Assembly (NCBI GenBank): GCA_022813965.1
Contig: JALDZS010000119.1
Location: 1-64,000 of the forward strand
Reading direction: 5' to 3'
DNA from: Toensbergia leucococca
Lineage: Eukaryota
DNA length: 64,000 nucleotides
How positions within the stretch are numbered: position 1 is the stretch's first letter; the number at the start of each line of letters is the position of its first letter. The translations under genes and the position numbers were made by a program. Below are positions 48,086 to 59,000 of this stretch, piece by piece. Under the pieces are notes generated by a model. That model worked only from the letters and a program-made list of their open reading frames with translations. It had not been told where the DNA came from and searched no databases.

Positions 48086-50180
48086 CGGAGACGTGGTCCA
48101 AAAGTAATCGGACACGCTAAAACCTAGCGTCTACAGGGATTCTCAGCCCTAACATCCATTCTATCCATTGAATTGATGGATTCCCCATCGGAACGCATAC
48201 AAATCATAGTATCATAAGGTGGGATACTCTATATAGTATATATGATGACTACTGACCTCTCCTAGGCCTTGCACTCGCTGCGGTGATCGTGGTCTCCGCC
48301 TTTTGGGGCCTTTTTGGTGGTTGTTTTTGGGGTTGTTTTTGGGGTTGTTTTTGGAGTTGTTTTTTGAGTTGTTGAGGCTGTTTTTCAAGTTGTTTTTGAG
48401 GTTGTTTTTCGAGTTCCCGTCTTGGGGGGGTTGGAGTCAATGGCTCCGGAGTGTGAGTCCTAGGATTATATTCCATTCAGGATTCAGAGGAAGATGAGGA
48501 AGAGGAGGAGAAGGAGGAGGATGATGATGATGATGATGATGATGAGAAGGAGATGGAGTGAAGGGTTTTTGCTGTTCTAGGGGGGGATGGCGCAAAAACA
48601 TCATCTGAAAAGGCCTGCAATTCCCTTCACATAGCGAGCTGATTTTTTTCTTCTTTTGATCGGGAGTCAACATCAAGTCTTCCTTCCTTATACTCATTTC
48701 CTCCTTCTAATTCAATGATCATGGCGCAATGTCTAGGCATTCACTCAATTCAAGCCTGAATAGTCTCCTGAGGTAATTCATTTCATGCCCTAGTCCAGAC
48801 TTTCTTTGTGATAAGATGATTTTCAGGCGGTCCTTTTTTCATTGTTTCCTTCTTCATATGAAACCAACAAGGTTCTATCATGTTAAGATCAGGTGAGTTT
48901 CCTGACCAAAGAAGATGTAGAATCTTAGCATTCATAAAAACTCTGTGCTGATGTTGAGAAGCATGAGGCCCGGCTCCATCCTTCTGTACAATCATCAGCA
49001 TACCTAGCTCTTTTTCACACTTCTGAGCAAAGGGAATTAACAAGGGTTTGAGAATCAATTGTTGATAGTGATATCAGTCAATCCCCCCCCTTGAATTGCG
49101 TACCATCTTTCCTGTATCCTTTTTGAACTTTCATGTGAGCTTTATATCAGGAAGGTTTCATAAGAAAAGATGTGTCAATTTATTAGTGATTTCCCATCAT
49201 CATTTCATTTTCAGCTTCAATTCCTCATTTCTTTTCTTAAGATCTTGAACGGAGGCCTTCTTTTCTTTTGCAGTTTCTGAGAACCAGCAATGCATAGGAC
49301 CTTGTCTTCAGTCAGTCTTTTTTTCTACTATTGAAGGATCAAACATACCCTTTCTATCATAACAGAAGGAGCCTCAAAACATGAATTCTGAGCTTCCTTT
49401 TCATCTATTTCAAATAGTAGCTGGAGTCAGCTGAGGATTGCGGCCTTCTGCTACAGTCCTTCATACCCGTACATTCCCCCTTCTCTGTCCTAGAATCACA
49501 CTTGCTTTATCTGTTCAAATCACACACTTTCAGTCATTCAGTGTTCAGTTCTTATGTTCTATTGCAAATTGAAGGTGAGTCAATCTCATCTTTGCTGTGA
49601 GATCAGGCTTCTTTTTAGACTTACATTTTTTATATTCCTTTCTCTTAAGAGCCCGTCCGATTGTCTGTTTAGCTACATCAAGTTCACTAGCCAGCTGAGT
49701 GATTGTTTTCTCACATCCATAGCGGTCTCTTGTAATAAGAGACAGAAGTTTTGCTACTAATTTCAATGTTGCCTTGAGAGGATGAGCTGATCAGGGTGCA
49801 TCAGTGAGATACTCATCTTTGAGGATAAAAGATATAGATGGGTTGAATTCATGATCTCTAGCTTTCTTCCTCATCTCATATAGATAACTTCTTGAGAATT
49901 CAGTATAAGTGATTACTGAATTGATATTTATCTCATACTTCAGCAAGGTCAACGCTTGCACTCTCTCTGCAAGACTAGTATGATGATTGAGCATGAAACA
50001 TGATAGGCTACAAAAGAATGTCAAAATAATGAAAAACCCTTGAGAAACCATGGTTCAATGAGGAAAATGAAATAAAATTAGGAAAATGAAATAGAATTGA
50101 GAAAGTTCTATTGTGAGGGCTGAGAATCCCTGTAGACGCTAGGTTTTAGCGTGTCTGATTACTTTTGGACCACGTCTCCG
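48086..50180 (-). mobile_element. Tc1-family DNA transposon, full length (2095 bp), inactivated
   Basis: 65-bp TIRs (48086-48150 and 50116-50180, one mismatch), TA duplications at 48084-48085 and 50181-50182, internal transposase relic. Confidence 0.95.
48249..49994 (-). pseudogene. DD34E Tc1-like transposase with many in-frame stops and one intron
   Basis: One continuous frame: HTH region, *TDK (from WTDE), QKDGA and NSPDLNMIE with 34 residues between D and E, GGNEY; 48-nt intron at 49348-49301. Confidence 0.9.
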
Positions 50181-50499
50181 TAACTAAAAACTAAAGCTAA
50201 GCTTACTAAGCAATCGCACCTTCTCAACTCAACTGACGCGTCACATGATAAACTTCATTGAGCTCATCCGTTGCTCAGAATTACTGAGACAAAATTGTGA
50301 GAGTGAGTAGTGAGGGAGCATGAGGGAGCAAAGAGGGAGCAAAGAGAGAGTATGAGAGAGCAGTGAGAGAGCATAAGGGAGCAGAGGGAGAGCACATTAA
50401 TGAAACAGACGTTAGTGAGGGAGCAAAGCGGCAGCGCCTGAGTCAGTGACTGATTATATGTTTACCTGAATTCAGGGACACTATATATATATATATATA

Positions 50500-51825
50500 T
50501 GTATTCATCACATCTCAACCCTTCTCAATAAGAACACTCAACAAAAATAAAAGTCATAAAAACAAACAAAAATACATCTCTTCTTTCTCATCTCTTCTTT
50601 TCTCAGTCTCTGCCTTAGTCTTAGTCTTAGTCTCAGCTTTCAGACTTAGTCTCAGTCTCAGTCTTAGCTCTTAACTCTCACTGTTACGGTGCTTTCTTAG
50701 GGCTAGGGTAGTTAGGTGAGGATAGGTGAGCTAGCAACCCTAAGTGACTTGACATCACCACGGTATATCTAGTGACTTCGCACCTAGATAGCTATTCATT
50801 CACTATTACACTCAGAATTCAGAATCTCAAAAGAGACCCTTACACTCACTCTTAGCTCTTAAAACACTCTTTAATCACAGCTTTTAATCACAGCCCTCAA
50901 CAATGAGAGGAAAAAAATCACACACATTTCTCTTTCTTTTCTTTTTCTTTCTCTTTTCTCTCTCTCTCTCTCACCCCCTTTACTCTTACCCCCTTTACTA
51001 TTACTCTTTTACTCTCTCTCTTTTCTTTCTTTTCTTCCCTCTCTTTCATTCCTCTCCCTCTCTAACTCTCTCTCATTTCTTGCATTTTCTTTCTCAAAAA
51101 ATCAAACCTTCATCTCTCTCACCCTTCTACAGAAATCAAAAATTAAGAACAAAATCACTCAACACTCAACACTTTACACTTAGTTACACTTAGTCAAACA
51201 AATTCTCTTTCTTTCTTTCTCTCTTAATCTCATCTCTCTCTAAAAACAATCTCTCAAAACTATGTCTCAAAAATCAAGCCTTAAAACTTATGCCTTAAAA
51301 TCATGCCTTAAAACTCACACCTTAAGAACACACACACACATTACAAAGCATCAATCTCACAATCTCTTTATCATTTAACACCTATCACTTAATATTTATT
51401 ATCTACTATTTACTACTTTTCTCTCTACTTTCTTAAAATTCTCACTAAAATCCTTCTCATCTTTCTCACCCCCTCTCTACTAACTCAACCCCCCTTCTCA
51501 AACCCTTATCTCATCTCTTTTTTCTTCTCTCTGAAAAAAACAACCCCCTCAACTCTCTCAACCCCCTCACCCTCATTATTTAAAAACTGCAGAATAAAAA
51601 AAAACATTAACAAATCTCTCTCTCTCAAAAAAATCCTACTTACTCATAGTACTTATAGTAACACTCACAGTAACTCAGTAGACTCAGTAGACTCAACCTT
51701 TACACACACACACACACAAAAAAAAACAAACAAACAAAAAGTCACAAACTACCTTACCTACCTATATCATATCATACCTAAAAAAGCCGGTACCAAAAAA
51801 AAAAACGTGCGTCATCAGAATTTTG

Positions 51826-51856
<31 letters not shown>
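50500..51856. repeat. G-depleted, AT/CT-rich degenerate tract ending in A31 (51826-51856)
   Basis: Composition directly visible; short TCTTAG/TCTCAG and (AC)n repeats. Confidence 0.75.
50682..50844. mobile_element. Solo LTR (163 bp)
   Basis: TGTTA...TTACA termini, flanked by a perfect 5-bp TSD CTCAC (50677-50681 and 50845-50849); G content clearly higher than the flanks. Confidence 0.85.
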
Positions 51857-51859
<3 letters not shown>

Positions 51860-52443
51860 CACTCCTTGACAGAAAGGTACTCCTCGGCAACGAAAAAGAT
51901 TTTGCACCTTTTAAGCGTTTTCGTGGGGGGAATCGAAGTGAAAAATATGACTAATGACCATGATACCTTGGCACGATTACATGAATCAAGGTGAGAACAA
52001 ATTCAGAGAGGGGAGGTCTTGAAGAAACGGAGTCGAGTATTTTGCAAAGGAATGTGTCTGTTGGACGTGGCGAGGAGGGATCAAGGGCGAGGATCAGAAT
52101 CACAAGTCATCTCATAGGGGCCAAGTCATACTCAAGATAGTATTTGTAGCGTATTCGTGCTAGCAATAAAAGAAACTAGTGTACCATCCATTGTGCTCCA
52201 GTGCAACTATGTTCTGTGTTCTAACCCTTTAGACTCCTTCCCAGGGCCAGAAGCCAGATGTGTAGACAAGGACATAGCATGTACCTAAGTAAGGAAATTC
52301 AGAGCTCGGTTAGGAGCGACTAGTCAGACTTGTGTTGGTGCAAATTGTTCGTTCCACGTGTACGGGAGTTGTGCAATTTCTAATGATTTCGGGTGATGTT
52401 ACTCATCTGTTGAACAAGAGGCTACCGCAAGCGGTGGGTCTCT

Positions 52444-53871
52444 CTAAGACGAAGGGGGAGGTGCAAGGTTCTGTGTTGCCTCGGACCTCTGCACGGCACC
52501 GAAGCGGGTATTGCCCTGGTCGAAGATCTGCGGGAAATAGTAAGCACGTGGAATTCTGGGCAGACCACAGCCACGTCAATGATACTTACAGCGTAGATAC
52601 TCTTCAAAAAGGTATCACCAAGGATATCAAACGTCATGTCTCCACGAGATTGGATCCCGCCGAAAACGTTACCATTGCCAGCATCGGCAAAAGCCAAATC
52701 TTCCTTCATCACCGCGAATTGCTGATCACCAACAGCAAAGGTGACCACTGGGAGTTGATCGGCCGTCACACTGGTGGGGAAGATATAGCCTTGCTGGGTG
52801 GAGTCGTAAGTAGATCCAGGGATAGCGGCATAGATGGCCTTGCAAGTGGCATCGTCAACAAGGGCTAGGGTGGTGCCTGTATCCGCAATTGCCGTGTTAC
52901 CGGAGCGAGGGATTGCAGTACCATTGACCGAGGCAGAAGCACTGGCAAATTGCCAGAATCCCTGAGAATTATCCACTGGAGTATAGTAAGGCTCCGTAAC
53001 GCCAGCGGCTTTAAGAGTGGGTTGGTCGATGAAGCCAAAGGTATAGAAAGAGGTGCCTTTGTCCGGATCATTGGCATCGCGCCATGAGCCAAGGTTGGCA
53101 GTGAACAATTCCATGCTCTGGGAAATGTCTTTCTGACTGATCATGTTCTCGACTGGTGTCTGAACGGGTGTAGGCGTAACCGTGTTGATTGAGCCCCACG
53201 CTAGGCCCAGGAGTCCGTCACCTGCCCCAGTCTCGAACTCGGTAGAAAGCTGCTTGGCTAGCTCAATTGACTGATTCTGAATTGTCAAACCACCAATAGT
53301 GACGTCGTCAGTACCGACGGTGCCGGAAGCAGACGAGTTATCACCATAGGAAATCTTCCAAGATGAACCTGCAGAATTCTTGAAGGTGCTGGAATCCTTG
53401 GCATTGAAAATGTTATGGGACGAGCCATCTTTTGTGGTTACGGACTTGGGCAACTCGGTAGACCAAACCTGGAAGAGACATTAGTAGATAGTCAGGTGTT
53501 GTTTTGAATAGTATACAAACCCAAAGATCTGCGGATCCAGTATCAAAGTCTAGATTGAAGGTTTGAGGCGGAGTACCAATCTGGACGGGGCAGAGGTATT
53601 CGGAATCATTTTGCTGATCTTGGGCGGTAACCTCACCGACCTGACCAGAGGGATCCTTCTTCTGCAAGACTTTTTGGATGTGGGCCCTACCGCCTACCAG
53701 ACGATGGAGGCCATGCTTACCTTGCTGGTGCATCTTGCCCCCAATGAACATGGGGCCTTCCATGGTAGGCTTGAAGGCATATTTGCGGAGAAGGTAGACA
53801 TAGGACTTTGGTCCCGAACGGACGTAGTTGGGGTTCTTGACGAGGTTGACTCTACTCAGCTTGCTTGCCAT
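52444..53871 (-). CDS. Pepsin-family (aspergillopepsin-like) aspartic protease, 3 exons
   Basis: FDTGSADLW and IADTGTT catalytic motifs, YGD flap, DGLLGL and ILGDTFLK; ends IFDQGNTRFGAVQR..PPPSS*. Confidence 0.93.
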
Positions 53872-56012
53872 GATTTGATACTGTGGTAGGATGACTGGAA
53901 AAGGGAAGTACAATGATCTGAGGTTTAGTTGTGCTATGGGGAGGACTACGAATGCAAAAGGATATGTCGAAGGAAAAGTGGGGCTTTGGACAGTGACAGG
54001 TATAAATACAGGTATGAATACAGCAGGTGCCCATGTCCGGAACGGAGTAATGACCGATGACCTACCTCCCTGCTATCTCAGGTCTTTTGCTGGAAACAAA
54101 GCAAACAAGGGACAAGCTAGCAGGTAGCAGCTGCCACTACCAATCCGCTGGTGCCGCCACCAGAATAGGCGGTAGGCCAAGCTGATCTCCAGCTTGGAAG
54201 GTTCAGGGAAGGCGCAGGCGCGAGGGAAGGTAAGGTACCTTAGGGACCGGCATGCTTTCGGAGCTGATGCTCGATTGGTGCTTGTTAGGGTTGTTACTTG
54301 TTAGGGTTGAAGGCAGCGGCACTTGATGGACTGATAGTGATAGCTTGGACTAGAGTTGATAGGCCTTGGTCGGATGACGTTGGCCCGTTCACCCAAGCCC
54401 CTGGCCTTCCAAATCACTCCCATGCTCATCATCCGTCCTTGCTCATGACCTGCATTAACAAGCTGTTTTACCCTCGCATGAATATGACGCTATCAAGCCA
54501 TCCATGTCGTACAATAGGTAGCGAGAACAGTTGACTTACGGTATTCTAGTTGCCCGAACCTGCGGCAGGAGCCGACCTTACCTAGACCTCCCTCGCCCCT
54601 CCACAAACTCCCAAACGAGATAAGCTTCAATCCAAGTGTAACACAGATGGTAGTGGGAGTGGAGGGATTGCTGTATTTCTTTGTTCTCAGCCTCGATATC
54701 TAAAGTAATGTGCAGATCGAAGCCACATTGAGCTTGTGGCTTCCGAGTATCCCATAGGAGTGACACTGTTGATGTTTGTCGTGCCCGTTACACAACCTGG
54801 CCCGAGTCCTATGCATCTCTCAACAGACGTCACCAATCACAAACATGGTCTTGTGAGCCTGTTCGAGTCATGAAGAATACACACGCGCTGCCATTACCTC
54901 CTGAAAGACTCATCATGAACAAAGCCACAAAATCTGCGACGATGCAGCTGAGTGACGCCTCGTCGCAACACCTTTGTAGAATCGGAGGGTCATCGATGAT
55001 CATCATTTTCTTTGTCCTTGTGTGTGTGTGTGCCTCAGCTGCATCTTGAGTCTTTCGTCGAGAAAGGATGGTGTCATCTAAGGGCTGGATGCTCCCTCAA
55101 AGTCTCAGTTCATACTCTGGTGCATATCGCAAAGTGTGCCATCCACCACTCGAGCATTCCCCCACATAATCTTGCCCCGTGGCTGTAACGAGGTCCTCAG
55201 CCTCGAGGTCGGCATTAAAATGACCGTCCCGAGCAACGCCAGAGGCGTTCAGCTGAACCATCGCCAAGTAAACAAAACATTGCAAGTTCGAGAGAGAGGA
55301 TGGAAAGGATCACAAGATCAAGCCTCTTCAGGGAAAAGCAATCAATCACATCCCAAATCATATCTTGCTTCTCAGCTCCTCAAAACATACACACTTCGCC
55401 AAGCTTTGACTAATTTACAAGTCTGCCACCTCCTATTCCCATCAGCAAATTCTTGAATACCAAGTCCAAGTCAATGAACCTTGAACGAGTCAGACCAACT
55501 AAGCCCACTTCTACAACCATCACAACCTACTCCGGTCTTCTTCCCACAGCCCTCTTACATCGAACCATCATCTCTAGCCTCAAATCATCAACAGCCACGA
55601 CGCCGCATCCCTGTGACCTCTATGCCCTCCAACCTGAGCATTCCATCGGCCTTTCACGAAATCTAAATCCTCCCCCTCGACCGCCCTTCTCCCCCTCCGC
55701 ACCCAATCAAGCTTCGTCTTATGATTGATAAGAAGGTGATAAAAGAGGCGTACATTCAAAGGGCTGAATACGAGAAGATTTCTAGCTAGCGATGGATTGG
55801 CACGGGTCTGCACAGTCGCATCATTCATGTTCGTGTATGAAAGTCCTGAAGTCATCCGATACTAATTGTCTGTTACCTATGCCATGACATCTATGGGTAT
55901 AATATTGTTTGAGCTGAAATGAAGAGAAAAGGCATGCACAAAGGGTGGAGAACTCGAAAAACAGTAGAAACTGCTTCGAGACATGAAAAATTGACTAAAA
56001 GTCAACTAGGTG

Positions 56013-59000
56013 TTAGATCTCTTCCCAATTGGCTGTAGATAGAGGTTCCTGCTCCCCAGTTCTTGATGGCACAGAGACCCTTGTTCTCCTTTCAGGTCCC
56101 CTACCCTCAGGATGAGAAACACCAGGCACGACGCCATTGGCCATAAGACCGCTATTGACCAGAGTGTCTGCCGCTGTAGCTGACGACGCTGCAAGGGACT
56201 TGGCCTCCTTTTGCCTCTTCCTCCGAACCAAATCGCCCTTGATACCACGTAGGTAAACCTGAGCCAACTCTTTCAGCGCTTTAGGTTCTGAGCTTTGCTT
56301 GAGCTCTTGCAACATAATCTGCGTTTGTATTTCGTTCGATAGATGGGGACAGGTGCGCCCAGTCCCATAATGTGCAAGACCACACAATCCGCAATTCTCG
56401 TATCCAGCAATCTTAAGAGGGCAGAAGCCTGTCTTATGTATGCCATCACATGCAACACAAATTTTCTGCTTTCTTTTGCCTTTGATTTCATGTGGTGGTG
56501 GTTTTGGAATTTCGACGCGTTGGAAAGGGCGAGCTACAATGAATTAAAACTTTTTAGCATGAGAGCTGGGAGAAGATGAACTCGGGTTTCATACGTTGCG
56601 AACTTTTGGGTGATTCTTGTGATCCCAATATCCTTCGTGAGGTGCGAGAATGCGCATCTTCCAATTCTTTCGGGGACACTGGCTCTTGTTCGCCATCCTC
56701 TTCAACAGTCTCATCCCCGTCGCTGCCCCGAGCCTGAAAATCTGTGTCGCTATCGGACTCTACCACGTATTCAGCTGACTTCGCCGCTTTCACCGGTGAA
56801 TCAAGATGCACGTCCTGCTTGGCGTAGTCAACAGCCTAAAACTCGTCAGCAAAACATTGTTGAACTGTTGATAATGCCCTTACTTGACGTTTGCGCTTTC
56901 CTCTACCAAGTATCTCAGTCCTTGAGGCAGCGTCTTCTGCAGCCTCACGCTCTCGTTCTTTCAAAATCTTCTCCCAAATAGTTGGATCCACGTGTTTATC
57001 ACCGTCTGAGCTGTCCTCGAGGCCATGTTCCAGGGTACCATTTTCATTAGCCCATACTCGGGCAAAGCTGAATTGGGATTCCGCAGAATTATCGTTGCCT
57101 GTCTGAGTGTTTTCAACTTGACTTCGATCAAGAAGCTTATCCACAGAAGCTGAATCGTACACAATGTCATGTGTATTATTGTCTTCAAATAGCGCTTCGG
57201 CCCCGTGCCGAAGTATGGATTCAAGATCAATGCCCGCATCATCACTTGCGTCCATTTGTTCAATCAAGACATGATCCAAAGCCATCTTCTTCTTTCCAAT
57301 CTGCATGATCTTCTCTTCAGCTGTTTCTCTCGTCATCAACTGAAACACAAGCACCTTCTTTTTCTGGCCAATCCGATGCGCACGAGAAAGTGCTTGAATA
57401 TCTTGATGAGGATTGAAGTCCGGATCCAAGATGATGACTGTGTCGGCAGTCGCAAGATTAATGCCTACACCACCCGCTCGAGTTGAGAGCAGAAACGCAA
57501 AAAGAGGGGATTCTGGTGCATTGAACTCATCAATACGCTTCTGCTTCACCATACTACTAACGCTACCATCTAAGCGCTGATATCTTAAACTTAGTCCGTC
57601 AAGAAAGTCCTCAACCATATCAAGCATGTCAAGGAATTGACTAAAAATCAAAACCCTATGGTCGCGATCCTGTAGCTTGGGTAGTAGAACCTCAAGTAGC
57701 TGCAACTTTGAGGATGCTTCCACAAGGTTACGATGAGATATCGCAGCATTAGAGCTTCGCTCCTCAATAGCTCTGCTGTAGACAAAGGGATGGCAAAGGC
57801 ATTTCCTGAGTTGCATGAGAATGTTGTTCAGGTTATGACGCTCGGTCTGCTTCAAGGACCTTTTGTCCCCACCAAATATGGATTTGATGAGCTCTGGATT
57901 TTTTGCAAGGATTGACTTGTACAATTTCTTTTGAACTAAGCTCAGCGTCACTGGTACGATGATCTGAGCCATTGCAGGTAGAAATGTGAGGACTTGAGCT
58001 TTGGTTCGTCGAAGAAAGAAGGGGCGAAGGAGCTCATGCAATTGAGGTACATTTTCCTTCGTTAATGTGGCGTACTCTATTTCCAGCGCCTGAGCATCCA
58101 CAGAAGTGTCTAGAAACTGAAGAAGATTGAACAACTCTCTTGGGTTGTTTTGAAGGGGCGTACCGGTCAGCAGCACTTTGAATGGGGCTTGGAGTGTACT
58201 AAGTGCTGTATAAAGAATATTCTTATCATTCTTGAGTCGCTGACCCTCATCCACGATAAGTCCCGCCCACGCAATATCGCGGAAAACCTTGTGAAAAGTA
58301 TCATCTTGGGCGGCATCATAGGAAGTGACAACGACGTGGCATCTAAGGTCTTTGGCATTTCCAGGGAAAAGCTCATACTTCTGAGAGAGTCTTCGCGCCT
58401 CGGAAGACCCGAAGTAAGTGACAACCCGAAGTGATGGTGCCCATTGCTTTATCTCTCTCCTCCAATTTGCACAGGTTGAGTTCGGAACGACGATGAGAAA
58501 GGGCCAGCAATTGTGTACTTGCTTTAGTGTGGTCAGTATCCCAATGACTTGAATGGTTTTACCAAGCCCCATTTCATCTGCGAGGATTGCGTTTTGAAGC
58601 CGGTGCCATTGACAGTAGAGCCAATTCAAGCCTTCTCGCTGGTAATCCATGAGTTTACCTCCAGTGAGGGTATCAGGTTGAGCCTTGAGTTCAACAAACT
58701 TTTGAGACCTGATTCTCTTCACGTGTAGTTGAAGGTTGTGTTGACTGGGCATATGGACATACTTTCCATGAACCCAATCATCGTAGGCCATTCTGAAGTC
58801 TGCCCATCTTTCTGCATCCTCCGGCTCAGGAGGCTCTTCCCACACGACATCTTCATACCCAAGGCCCTTGAATTTTACGAGAGCAGTTTGAACCTCTTTG
58901 ATGCGAGCAAGGTCAACTTTTTCGGTGTGTAAATTGACGACATTGGTGTACTTCACATCTAGCACGATATCAACACGTAAGAACTCCTCCGGAATGGCAT

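Larger units (their letters stand above)
45956..50481. mobile_element. Putative non-autonomous cargo-carrying element inserted in (TA)n, with ACAC direct repeats, short imperfect TIRs and GGGAGCA subterminal arrays
   Basis: Left end (TA)n-ACAC-CCCGAACTTAGG; right end CCTGAATTCAGGG-ACAC-(TA)n. About 9-10 GGGAGCA-like motifs lie at 46001-46119 and at 50314-50425, on the same strand. Confidence 0.65.

Noticed and set aside
51826..51856. A31 as a LINE/SINE tail
   Set aside because: No TSD or recognisable RT/tRNA-derived body; homopolymer runs are common in this window.
55097..55855. Short ORFs between the protease and mit1
   Set aside because: Low complexity, non-ATG starts, no motifs.
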